A stretch of 61,756 nt of DNA, filler included, from Basidiobolus ranarum (lineage: Eukaryota): the NCBI GenBank assembly GCA_040143965.1. It is 13 parts of 13 records of this genome, joined end to end, with 100 filler letters (N's around TTAATTAATTAA, not from the genome) between each part and the next. Parts side by side here need not be neighbours in the genome. Positions count along the whole stretch, not along the records: positions 1 to 4,672 come from JASJQH010008745.1; positions 4,773 to 9,443 come from JASJQH010008746.1; positions 9,544 to 14,213 come from JASJQH010008747.1; 10 more parts are not named here. One strand, written 5' to 3'. This document shows positions 1-11,959 of this stretch, in pieces (position 1 is the stretch's first letter; each line of letters opens with the position of its first letter). Below the pieces are notes generated by a model. It searched no databases and was not told the DNA's origin. It saw nothing but the letters and a program-made list of their open reading frames with translations. The translations under genes were made by a program, and so were the position numbers.

Positions 1-1314
1 CCTCTTGAACCATGGTAGAAGCTTCTTCTCTTTGACTTGCCACTATGACCTCTGTTGCCTGGTGAAACACATTGGAGCATATTATTTACCTTGAGGTATG
101 TGTTTGACTGTTGTGGCTTCTTCAAGCTCAGTAAGAGCATCACTATCTCTCTCAAACACCCATTGTCTTGGCCCTGTGGGGATACCCATTGTAATGGATT
201 GCTGTCTTAGTAGATTGCTCTCAGATGTCAGATCTTCATCCAACAAAGTGGAAGGTTCAATAATTCTTGTGGTTGGCCTTAGTTGCTGTCACACAGTAGT
301 ACATGTTAAGCCCGTATGTCTTTCTGGTGGCTTGCTCCTTGGTGCTGACTCTTCTCTGGATGTAAAAAACTCACTGGTTGGTTTGGTTGAATCAGGAAAA
401 TTGCATGCTATGATGCGTGAGGATGTGGGCTGTCCTCTTTCTGGTTCTTCATTGACTGCTTGCTCTTCTTCAAAATGGGAGAAGCATCAAGGACTCTTCC
501 AAGCTGGCATTTCTGTCAATGTGTACTACTAGCTGATGAATCAACTCATTGAGCTCTTGCCCTTGTAGAAGATGTTACCTCAATTCTAGTGCTGAGTTAT
601 GTAGATTCTTCTTGTGAAATAGATACCTTGTCAGGAGTCTCTTCAATTTGGAGTGATCTAGTGTGTCTCTGCAATGATTAGACTGCTTCAATTTGCCTGT
701 GGGAATATCTTCTGATTCAATAAACCGTCATGCTTTTCTCTTTACACCACTGTTGATTACTCTTACTATAGTGTCCTGAAGTGTTGTTTTGAACTCTGCA
801 ACCTCCATCAACAGTTGCTGCAAAGTCTCATTGAGTAGTGGTAGATATCTGTTTAGAACATCTTTTGTCTCTAAAGTTGAGGCTGCAATGGTTGGTTCTG
901 GTCCATAAAAGCAAAAAGGTGATTGGAATCATCTCTTTGTGGACCCAAAATTGATATTTTATTTCTCAATTCACGCTTTCTTTCCTCATAAGTCTTCTTG
1001 TATATTTTCTTGCAGACTTCTGAAGTCAAGAAGATATAGTATTCTCTCCAAAGCAGAGTTGAAAGTTGCTTCCACTGTTGTCTTATGCCCCCTTCCCCAG
1101 CTTCTCTCAAGTTTACTGAAAACTCCCATATATCCAAGCATAAATTCATAGCAGATACCAGGGCATTGGTAAAATCATTAGGTATGTGCTGCTTTGCTTC
1201 ACCCACACCTTCATTTGACTGTGTGCACAAAATTTTGTAAGTGATGGTTTCCTGTACCAAAGAAGGTTGTGAATCAGGAGGAATCTGTTTTGACATGATA
1301 TATAACACTACCAT
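1..1314 (-). mobile_element. Degenerate repeat-borne ORF ('ORF-X'), 5' part, with a Myb/SANT(trihelix)-like N-terminus
   Basis: ORF 871-1314 contains FTNALVS..GIRQQWKQLSTLLWREY.IFLTSEVCKKIY. The frame continues through stops and frameshifts. Bases 1-1225 align in reverse with 28606-29835. CpG-depleted. Confidence 0.6.
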
Positions 1315-1682
1315 ATATATCTATGATGTTAGACTTTATTGGTTTCAATCTGAATTAAGGATCTTTTTATATTATTGGTTAAAAAGTCAAAGTTAATTTC
1401 CTATAGTGTGATCAAGCATAATGCATTCCACTCTGAGCCATTTCAATATGTAAGCTAAATAAATTGATTTGGATCAAACAATGATTGACTTTGCCAATGC
1501 AGTTTATTATACAATTTACATGCAATTACACATAATTGAAATAATTAAGATAATAATGGCAAACAGAAATTTTATTATACAGAATGTAGGGAAATTTACC
1601 ATGATAATCAAAATTCTTAGATAAATAACTTATGCACACCAGATCAATCAGTATTGTTCCAGCTCAGTACAAGATCAATATC

Positions 1683-2520
1683 ATGCTCTCCATCTACTCT
1701 AAATGATCATTCCACATTAATCCAAAAGCAACTACTGGCTTTCCTATCACCACCCTAGAAGCTCTATTTGAGAGATACTGTGGCTCATGTACTCCACCAC
1801 CTACCAGAAAGCAGCTAGTCAGTGTGTGTTGTTACTACAAAACCTATTGTCCAATTGGATTTCAGTGCACTATTAATGGTAGCAAAAGTAGGAGAAGCTT
1901 CCATACCAAGCTTCAAGGAAGTTAGAATTATCTAGCTTCAGTGACAAATGATGTTGAAGGTGCCTTGAACAAAAGTTTCAGAGAATCTAATTTCCTTCCA
2001 TTTCCTGGAGTATTTCCCAATAGAGTTCATATCAGAAGTATTCTTGACACATTTCCAGTCAGAATTAACAGGCCCAAAAGCAACCAAAAGCTATTTTATT
2101 CTGGCAAGTACAAAGCCCACTATGTAAAGTTCCAGACTTTGACAGATTTGGAAGAAAACATCATTTAGTTTGGTGGGCCACATTCAGGGAGACATGATGA
2201 CAAAAGGCTTTGGGTTGAGATGCATGCACCATTTGTAAGATATGAGAGAACTACGCCTGATTTGGCATATGTTGGGGAAGAATGCAGAAGGCTAGGATGT
2301 GTCACAGCTAAAAAGAGGCCCAGAGGGGGGATACTCACACAGAGGCCAAAGCTTTATAATGACATTTTTTCCCTTTTTAGAGCAAAAGTAGGACATAGCT
2401 TTGGTTTCCTAAAGAGATATAACATTGTAGCAGGAAAGTATAGAGGAAAATCTTTTTGTTGGCCTCAATCATAGTTAGGCAAAGTAGTCAAAATCTTCAT
2501 TAAATCACAATACATTCATA
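1683..2520 (+). mobile_element. Decayed DDE transposase of PIF/Harbinger-ISL2 (DDE_Tnp_4) type
   Basis: Across stops it reads TTGFP..., ILDTFPVRINRPKSNQKLFYSGKYKAHYVKFQ, GPHSGRHDD, DLAYVG, KKRPRGGILT..KLYN..FRAKVGHSFGFLK. This matches the IS5/ISL2/Harbinger motif series. Confidence 0.75.
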
Positions 2521-2852
2521 CTCAAAGATATCCATTAAGAGTTCTAGACTTAAGACACTATGAATGAAGATTTCATCATCTTTGGAATGTGCAGTAAGGT
2601 CTAAAAGTACTCTTCCTAAATATACCTCATAAGTAAAATAAACTGCTTCCAAAATGCTAAATAGCATTGTGCTGGAGAGTGTCCAATCATGCCACTTTGT
2701 GCTGGCACACTTTTTAGCTGGCCTCATCTGGCTCAATCAAATGGAACAAGTCTATGAAGAAACTCTGCACCATATTGTTGATAAATCAGCTAATACCTTA
2801 CTGCCTTTATTCCAACCAAGTGGACCTAGTACATAAGCTACAGAATGGCTTT

Positions 2853-3648
2853 GGATGGTTGGTTGCTTCTTACTATTCTAAGTTTTGGCTCCATTATCAT
2901 AGATAAAAATTTACCCAGTTATTGATCTTCTTTCATCAAGGTTTCCTCCCCAGTCTGCATCACTGTAGCCTTCAGAATCTCTGCATCAGGAGTGGCAGAG
3001 TATTGCGGAACTAGATCTACAGTTCCTCTCAAATACCAGAATATTTGTTTTGTTGCAGTTTTGTGCTCAGATCCTGGATTTTTGAGATAATGGCTGATAG
3101 TTGCCACTGCCACATCAATGTCTGGTTGTGTTCTAACCACTGTATACATTAAACTACACACTGTGGATTGATAAGGGAACTCCTGGCTTTGATTTGAGTC
3201 ATTTTTGGCTAAATTGGATGAAATTTTGATTAGTTTCACAATGGGATCCATGGGTGTTGATACAGGCTTGCCATTCTCCATGTTGAAGCATTTAAGGATG
3301 TCTAGGATGAATCTCAATTGATTCAGCATAATTTTCTGATTGGGTTTATCACTCTTGGTTTGATTCCAAGAAAATAACTCAATTTACCAATATCCATCAT
3401 CTGATATTGGTTTGAGAAGCTGCTTTTCATCTGATTAAGTGCTTCTAGAGCATTTGCTGCCAAGATCAAGGCATCCACTTATAGTGCCAAGATAAGGATC
3501 CTATTTCCGGTTGTTTTGATGTCAATAATGTGATCTGCTGTGTATTTGGAACTTTAGTGATTCCAAATAGGTATCTATCTTATTGTACCATGCGCTGAGT
3601 GCTTGCTTGAGTCCGGGCAGCATTTTATGCGGCTTACCGACCATATCC
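2853..3648 (-). mobile_element. Ty1/copia reverse transcriptase to RNase H fragment (decayed)
   Basis: GLKQA, KPVSTPMD, YQSTVCSLMY..TQPDI, HKTATKQIFWYLRGT, SKKQPTI. Confidence 0.92.
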
Positions 3649-4190
3649 AGATCAGATTGTGCCACTCAATCTGGCCTGCTAGCATACCATCTGGCATGAT
3701 CTGTCAATTACCATGGCTGGGTCATATAACAATATATTGGACATTATAAGCAAGAACATGGCACTATCCCACCACAATTGGACCCAGTGATTTTATTGGA
3801 GATATTGTGCCAGCCTGTACCAAGTTACCCCAGTTAGTGTTGCCAAATTAAGATTTTTAGTAACTGTCAAAGTAAGTTCATCCCCTAGTTTGTAACTTAC
3901 AAATTACTTAATGTGTAACAATAAACAATTTATACTGTAACTTACCCAATCAAATGTATAACCAAGAGATTCACATGCTTTTAGGCCAATCATTTGTCCC
4001 TCATAACACAGTATCCTGATTTTTAATTGGGCCCAACAGCTCCTGAATTATGAAACAGCAGTAGTTTTGGCACACCAGTGACAACTCACAGCACTTGATG
4101 ATGGATCTATCTGCAGTATGAGGGTAGTGATCAGGATTGCTTGATTCATCATTTTTAGATTAGCAAATTATTCATTCAATCATGTAAGCT
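3647..4190. repeat. Long terminal-inverted-repeat arm of an unclassified DNA element
   Basis: Aligns with 32390-32915 (direct) and 32912-33264 (inverted). Confidence 0.85.
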
Positions 4191-4484
4191 TCTAATTGGG
4201 TGAGAATGTGAATGGATTGAGCCATATTGAGCCAATATGGTTGTGCAGGCTTTTTATTGACAGACATTTTTCATTTAATTGTAGTGAAATTGCTTGTAAT
4301 AATAGGCTATCATTGATTTTTTTGATATATGACAATTTCATGCTATTGGTGTTTCATAAAAACATAAGCAACCATGATCCAATTAAAGTGAGTGATGCTA
4401 TATTTAACTGCAATCCATATTAATTTTGCATGATGCAGTAAACAGTAAAGACAGGATAATGTAGGTATTAACAAGAGTATTCAG

Positions 4485-4672
4485 CAATTGCCTAGGTTTG
4501 AAGCAGTACATGCTAATTTGCTTCAGTTACTTTTGTTGTCTCCCTGATATTTCACAGAAGGAACTTAGCATCAACCTCTACACTGAGTTGGTTGGTTTGA
4601 TCCTGATGAAGTTCCTCTACCTCAGCCAGCATGAGTTGTGGCTTGAGGTCAATGTGCTGTGATATGCATTGG
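4485..4672 (-). mobile_element. 3' end of another ORF-X copy, pointing toward the long TIR
   Basis: The reverse complement aligns with 30103-30290 (e.g. ggtagaggaacttcatcaggatcaaaccaaccaactcagtg vs ggtagaggagcttccgcaggatcaaaccaatcaactcagtg). Confidence 0.75.
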
Positions 4673-4772
4673 NNNNNNNNNNNNNNNNNNNNNNNNNNNN
4701 NNNNNNNNNNNNNNNNTTAATTAATTAANNNNNNNNNNNNNNNNNNNNNNNNNNNNNNNNNNNNNNNNNNNN
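4673..4772. other. Artificial contig-joining spacer (N44-TTAATTAATTAA-N44), first of 12
   Basis: Identical 100-nt spacers with a six-frame stop cassette at 4673, 9444, 14214, 18980, 23745, 28506, 33265, 38023, 42776, 47524, 52271 and 57015. Intervening contig lengths fall monotonically: 4672, 4671, 4670, 4666, 4665, 4661, 4659, 4658, 4653, 4648, 4647, 4644, 4642. Confidence 0.99.
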
Positions 4773-6063
4773 TAACTCTTTCCGCCTCATAGGGTTGTTC
4801 CGACATAATTCTACTGTCTCTAGCTTGCAGATTACCACTCAACCCTTGACCTTCAAGGGAAACACGTCGCGGGCCCCTCTCCGGAATTATTCCCCTGCCA
4901 TTGGACATTTGCGATCCATTCCTCTCTGAAGATTTACGGATAGAGTCGGATCCCTGTCGGCCAGTCATACCTGAACCCTGACGAGTAGCGCTGTAGGCTT
5001 TTGAGCGATCCATACCTGAAGTCTTGCTGTTTCTGCTGTACGATGTTCCAGACATGGATTTGGATTTGCTTGTTCTAATCAACTCCTCACTGAGGGTTTT
5101 CGCTCCGTCAACTTCGGATAAGACGGACCATTTAGGGTTTGAAGTGTTCATTACTCTGGTGACATATAGCTTCCGTTTGTTGTTTGAACGAACTAAACGG
5201 TTTAATGTTCGTAAGATGCTCTTTATCGTGCGATCTCTACGTCTAAAACTGTTTGCTAAAACTCGCTGATATGTTTTGAAGCTTCTGCTCAATCCTGTCA
5301 TTCTGTTGAACAGCAATATCAAGGATTTCGAGAGGGTTCGAACTTTGCGATTCAAGGTTATACTACCAGCTCCACCTCCTCTTGAGTAATGTGTGATACG
5401 AGAGAACTTATTTGGTGCTTGAACATATCGTACAATATTCCCGCCAGTTCTACGATAAAATGTTCTACCGCCACCATTGAGCGTGCCTTGATCATTTTCA
5501 TACATCACTCTAGATCTTTCCCTTCCAGAGTATACTGACGTAGTAGAGGGTGGACGGATATACCTAATACGCTGAGAGGCTGATCTTGAAGATGAGGTTC
5601 TACGGGTCAAGAATCGCTGCGTACCAGATCTAATGTATCGAATGGTGCGCCCATTTACTGTTCTAATAATGCTAGGCTCATTACCACGATTAGGTATGAA
5701 AGTGTAGCTAGTATTCTCCCTGAATCGTGACCTATCAATAGTGCCTATTTTGCTGGTTCCCAACGATTGACGAGTTTGTGAACCAAACTGAGGAAAGGTT
5801 CCTCTACTTCTATTGATAAATGTCGATGTTCTCCTGTTTGTACCATCCCTAACCATTGGTTTAGAAGCGGAATTAACCAGATTTCCTTTGTGCTCGAGAG
5901 AACTATCCATCGGTTTGAAGTCGGAGTTTGAACCTTTTGAGCTCCAAGTACCAACATCAGCCATTTTTGCTTCTTTGGCTACACCACCTGCGGTAGCTGA
6001 CCCTAAAGCAATCAACATCACACCTACAGCACCTAATCGTGGTTTATTAATGTTACTAATCAT
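4773..6063 (-). CDS. Putative secreted, highly basic Arg/Ser/Gly/Thr-rich orphan protein (3' end truncated by contig end)
   Basis: About 430 codons open with no stop. Signal-peptide-like N-terminus (KPRLGAVGVMLIALGSATA-G), repeated RxIRYIR-like motifs, an amphipathic helical block, normal CpG content. Confidence 0.75.
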
Positions 6064-6750
6064 CTTGATTCAACTGTGATGAATGTAAGATTGGTTCAAT
6101 TAAGCCAAAAAGTGGAGTTGTCAAAGAACCAAGTGGATGATGAGGTTGGGAATAAGCTAAAGCACTATGACCAAGTGCAACTATTTACTTGAAACCTTCT
6201 CTTTTATGTTCTCCTGAATGATGACAGATGATTTGTTTCGAAGCATGGGTGTGTTAACTTCTTACATCGTAAGGAAACGCTATCGTTAGATATATAATCT
6301 CCTACTTGTGGGTATCATCAAACATGAATGTGTTTGACACGATCTTGAAGATCCTTTTGACTGATTTGAACGGCTTATAGCCAAGCCTTTCTTCATAGAC
6401 ACACACGTGGATGTTCTTTTGATTAAGCAAAAATTCTCAGTACATACGATGACGTTCTTTGAGGGTGAGGTTCACTTTCTGTGTAGCAGCTATGGCTAAC
6501 CATTGGTAGTTCATATAACCACATGCAATTAGCAAGATACGGCAGGCGTATACCTTTATTTGCAGCTCTTTTCACTGGTAATTGCTCCAATTTTAGGCAT
6601 AACGACCATACCATACACATTGTTAGAACAGATAAACAGAAGCAAGCATAAAAGATGTTTTAAAGGGAAAGGAATTCTCAGTAAAACTGGTTTCTCTCTC
6701 TAATTTATTGTAATAATTGAGCTTCATCAAGCATCACCACATTAAAATTT

Positions 6751-7020
6751 TCAATATTCGACGTTCCCTCTGGTACGCTCGAACTCGGACATCTTCTCTG
6801 CGGTTGCCGGTAGATCAACTTCGGAAACACACTTGACTATCCCTTTACCAACTTTGACGCAATTAGGATGCTTCAATGAATGCGTAGTCTGATAGCTACG
6901 GACGTGATGGCACACCAGTTCACCATCCTTGGTGTATGAGCAATCACTATCTGAGGGCAAACCTTGGATGGTAGCAACAAGAGCAAGAGAAAGACCGAAG
7001 AAAAAATTTAGATGATGCAT
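6751..7020 (-). CDS. Small secreted cysteine-containing protein, 89 aa
   Basis: ATG start, signal peptide MHHLNFFFGLSLALVATIQG-LP, two C-x9-C units, TATAAA-like element about 60 nt upstream. Confidence 0.75.
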   Translation of the reverse strand: MHHLNFFFGLSLALVATIQGLPSDSDCSYTKDGELVCHHVRSYQTTHSLKHPNCVKVGKGIVKCVSEVDLPATAEKMSEFERTRGNVEY

Positions 7021-9543
7021 GACTGATTACAAGACTAGAGTAGAGTAGAGCGGCCATCCTGCATGACGTCTAGATCCTTATAAACTTATTTTTTTAGACG
7101 AAACGCCCCTGAAACCAATCTAGAAAGGGATTCATCTGCATTGCAACTATGTCAGAGTTATTTAGCAACTTAATGCAGTGCACTCGCTGCTACACCTTAT
7201 TAGCAAATGGGAGTTAATTATGCAGCAAAGTGCACTTTGCAACATATGATCTACACAGAAAAGTTTGAGCTCTGCTACCTGTACGATCACCTGGATACTT
7301 TTAATCACCTAATTGAAATTTATCCACATGAGAATCACTTTCATGGTTTCATAGTTCAACACGAAACGATTCCATATCAGCCAAAACTCAGTGTAGAGCA
7401 AATTTCCCCTCATTTCTAATATGCCGCAATGGTATAACGTGATGTATTGATGTGAATATCAGAATAACTATATCTGAATTCAAAGAGAACTGAAGCAATC
7501 AAGACTAGGGTTGGGTACATTAATTTCCACATTCTCTGAGGTTATGTTGCAACAGGCCATTTTAATCGATTATATATGTATGATGAGACTCAGTGTAGCC
7601 AAGTAACCTTCTCATTATACAAGTTCGCGTGTGAAAAAGAAAACATGACAGTTCTACAGTTCGAACTTTTCAAGTATTTCATACACAGCTGCATCCTAAG
7701 CCAATTAACCCCCCCCCCCTCCTTGCCATACAGGGGCCATTCTGGATAGTAGGCATAAGTATCATGATTGCTCAAGAGAAGAGTATCTTTTTTAGCCACT
7801 TGCTTTGATAACCAGCCATTCGTTTGGAAAGCAATGTGGCTTTTCAAGTATTAATCACGGCTCTGTGCTGAGTTCATACCTGGAGATTTAGTTTCTTGGC
7901 ACTAGAGATTAGGCCTGTTTGGCAACATTAGATGCATGGAGTTTCTGCTTTCATATTACACCTACATTCAATATTTGTGTTGTTATAAAGATAAATTATG
8001 GAGTCAAAATCAGGAGTGGGCACATTATCACTACATACTCTTTGCACTTCGTACCGTAGCACCCTTACATGTTGGCCTTTCTCAATCAGCTTAGGATGTC
8101 AATGTCAAGATCTCTTAATTCACAATGTTGAATGAAATAAGTCCCGTTGTACCAGATACATAGAAAATATGGAATATATCCACTCAATGCTCACCATCAC
8201 TACTTATTAGTATCTATTCTTCTAGAAATACCTCCGCACTCCACTTAAAAGTATATATAATACATACCATGAAAGTGAGCACTAAGCTTCAATAGTTATG
8301 TATTCTAAACAACTCAAGCACTTTGTTAAGCATCCATTGCTTTCAAATGATCATGAATATCAGTCAAGAACCAAATCAAGTTCTGATCTAACTGTGCAAA
8401 TGTATACTAGCTAAATGCATAAGTAAGGTCTTCTTGAGTTTTAGGGACTTTGCAAGCCTGTCTCATGCTGACTCTAAGCCTATTCTCTTTCTGACTATTA
8501 TCTCTGGAAAAACACATCCAAGCATCCTATGCAGTCACCCACCATTCGAAGTAAAAACAGTATCGTTTCACTACGCCAAAACATATATGCCAGGTAGGAA
8601 GCACTACACAAAAACGTCTAGGGAGCAGAATCATGACTTGTAATTTACTAAGTGTGTGTTATATAGGGGTTATAATAAATTTAAGCCCAAGAAGGCAGAT
8701 ACCATGCACCTAACCATTTAAAATTATGTTTACAGAGTAAGCTATTCAGGATACGGAAATTTCATCAGGGGAATATTGAGGAGCAATATGTGAATCCAAT
8801 GTTTTATAGCTCAAGTGATGGAGTAACTAAACAATTAGCCGTGGTTTGTGAAACGGCTCTGACAAATGAGATGCTGTGAGTAACAACTTGGCCCTAAATG
8901 AAAATACGTACTCTGTAACTCTCGCCACAAGCCAGACGTATTTGACAGATGCGTAGTGTGACTAGTAATCTAATCAATTTTACTCGGCCTCCCCTTCCCC
9001 CAGAATCAATACTACCCACCCCAATGTTATTCATTTAAAACCACGATACATGAGTTACCGATGCCCACGTAATTTCTGGGTAGGCACTCATACGAGATGA
9101 CGCGTATGGCTTTCCAATGCCACTTTTCTCTTTCCCAGGTTATTGTTTCTCCTAGATCAGCCCGCAAATCTAAATGCATGAGATACCAACTGCATCCCCA
9201 ACACCCTATTAGAAAATTATTAGTAAGAACCCATGACTGGTGTCAGAATTGTGGACACCATTTACGTAGTATACCACACACTCCTAAAAAACCAGAGTAT
9301 TCTCATTATCAGCAAGTACTCCTCGCCAGAGTGTACAATCCAACGTAAACAAATGCCCCTGTCAAATGAAAAATAGGAGCTGGGAGTATATCATATTAGT
9401 TTCATAGGTCTTATCCAAGCCTTGGCTCAATCTCGTGCCACATNNNNNNNNNNNNNNNNNNNNNNNNNNNNNNNNNNNNNNNNNNNNTTAATTAATTAAN
9501 NNNNNNNNNNNNNNNNNNNNNNNNNNNNNNNNNNNNNNNNNNN

Positions 9544-9687
9544 GAAAATTCCAGTATCTGAGAACTTTTAAGTAGGACAAAATATTCCAGCTAAATTCCA
9601 GTTGAGGATAATGGTAAAATTGCAGCAAAAGTGTAACATAACTGAATGCTTTGCTATTTATGACTATATAGTATGTAGGCAATAACA
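9544..9687 (-). repeat. Partial copia LTR (family B-related)
   Basis: Similar to 53445-53593 and to the reverse complement of 54117-54270; ends in ...AACA. Confidence 0.7.
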
Positions 9688-11332
9688 GATTCAGTGGATT
9701 TTTATTGAAGAGATATAGCTCAATTTACACTTTACTGAAGCTTGAGTGGATTACTAATCAGAGTTTCTGTATATCCCAGAGAAGTCTATTGATGAGGATC
9801 TGGGGATAGGATGTCACTATTGGTCATAGGAGTAGTAATTCATAATATGTTCCCAAAAGTTGTAGAATAGTACAGAAAGTAATGGAAGATTTGAGTAGAA
9901 TTTTGCTTACATTGGTTATTATCAAATAACTTTTTAATTATTGTGTATATAGTGTGGAAAGCACTGGACAATTATTTGATTTCCAGACAATTAGAGGGCA
10001 GGTATATGTTAACACTAGTAAATATCATATATTAGGGGATAGTACCAATAGTGTGAGTTGCATGGCTAAAAAACAAGACTAAATCTATTAAAGATAACAA
10101 AATAGAGATAGTCAGGTATCAATGATGTGAACTAGATGCACAAATAAGTTAACCTGCCAGTGGGTAGCAACACTGCCTTACTACAGTAGCCTGGTACAGA
10201 TTTTATGATTGAATGCAAGAAGCTCCATCACAGATTGACTAAATATATGCCAGTATTTCATATATACCCTTTGACATCTTTCACAATATTTGGAGATCAT
10301 TGGCCCTTACTAAAAATTCTAGCAGATCCCTATGGATTGTTCATATGGTAAGATGATGATTGAAGTGAAATCATTGGTTGTACCATATGCTAATCTCAAT
10401 GACTTTGTAATGGCACAATTAGTCATGGATATAATGTGATACTTTAATAAAACTCCATTTGATAGTTACCATCCAACCTAGTGCTATTATCATTGGGATC
10501 ATTGATTTTTGCATTTTTTGAGTAGTAAAATAGCAATAAAAGCAAATCAGTGGACAGTTAGGAAGTATATATCTGATCAAACTGCTTCATTATAGCCATA
10601 ATCTGAAAATATTCCTAGGAAAGCTGCAAAAGAGACATCTTAGTAAGCTAGATCCAGACCTACAATATTTTGCTTTATTCATGTAGTAATATATTCAAGC
10701 AGCAACACTTTTATGTGTGGTATTTGTTGCTGTAACTCTGGGATATTTTAGCTGAATTCTCTTCAAGAATTTGTACAAGTTGAGAAGCTTATTTTTGTAG
10801 TGAGCAGCATAGTGGGACAGCATTGCTACCCAGCAACAGGTTGGCATATTTCCATTCTCAGGTCATATCATAACTACTCTACTATTTCTATTTTATAATT
10901 CCTATTGAAATTAGCCATATATCTTAGCTAATCATATTGCACTACTGGTACTGTTGCCTATTTTTTGAGATTTATCAGTATTAACCCACATTTGCTCTGC
11001 TATTTTCTAGAAATTTCTACAATCTACTGGATCATTCCACAAGATTCATGGAATATTTGATGACTAATTAGAACCTGACCAATCAAGACTCAAGTATACC
11101 TGAATATCCCATGACTTATATGAATATTCTACAACCTTCCACAACTTGGCATAGAGTACTACTCTTATGATTCATGGTAATATCATATCCTCTGATCCCT
11201 GCTGATAGAATTCCTTGGAACTTTGCAGAAATTTTCATTAATAATTAATTCTATCATTTGAAAAGTATGAACAGGAGCTATATCTTTTCAACAAAAATCA
11301 TCCTGGTTTTGAATCAATAGTAACTATTTGTG
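9688..11332. mobile_element. Non-autonomous element: two diverged ~500-bp inverted arms around a CACTA transposase fragment
   Basis: 9688-10190 is an imperfect inverted copy of 10803-11315. The interior 10195-10750 (+) translates to HLSQYLEIIGPY..F..PM..SYGKMM..VKS..PYANL and aligns with 58200-58730. The right end reads 5'-CACAAATAG on the minus strand. Confidence 0.65.
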
Positions 11333-11609
11333 GTCTCATCTTAATTTCATAATAGCTTACAAGACCTTCAAAAAGGAAGCTAAGAAAGACTACTAAAGAC
11401 AGTTATCAGCTACAATGTGACTAGAAAGGCTTGAATGGCACATAGAAGGTACTGACAGGTAGGTGCTATGCTTATGATTCTTTGTAGAATTTTCCTCGGC
11501 TTTGTCTGCATAGGCAATGAACTCTTTCATATCCTTGAGTTTACAGTTGCTTTTGATTTGAGTTATTCTTTTTATCTGATCATTCTCAAAGGACACTGAA
11601 CCCAGTAGA

Positions 11610-11959
11610 TGTTGAAATTAGGAATATAGTAACTATTATTTAGTAGTTAGTTTTTTCATATTCTGATTATTTAGCACATAATTCTGTCATTGAAAGATGT
11701 GTGTTTGTTGCTCTAATTGATAGAAATATCAATTTGAACACTTTTACCAACTTTCACTATTTCTCAGAACTTCTTGAAATCACCTCTAATATTTGCCCAT
11801 GCTTAACAGGCATGCTTGTGATGATCTAAGCACATCCAATAGACCTATTTCATAGAAAACTATTAATAGGACATATTGAATTCAATAAAACCTAAGTGTC
11901 TAATTTACAATTCCAAATCTTATCCAAAACACTGCCAAATTCTCTGAATACTGTTATCA
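11610..11959 (+). repeat. Solo copia LTR, family A (350 bp)
   Basis: TGTTGAAATTAGG...TTATCA; reverse-complement homolog of 19512-19861 and 30982-31332. Confidence 0.88.

Noticed and set aside
98-532. 144-aa plus-strand ORF (also 13009-13404 and 29329-29791)
   Set aside because: Antisense shadows of decayed Ser/Thr-rich repeat ORFs.
4673-4772. Regularly spaced TTAATTAATTAA motif every ~4.7 kb as a biological repeat, and ORFs ending in 'LIN'
   Set aside because: Artificial six-frame-stop spacer flanked by Ns; the spacing reflects length-sorted contigs.
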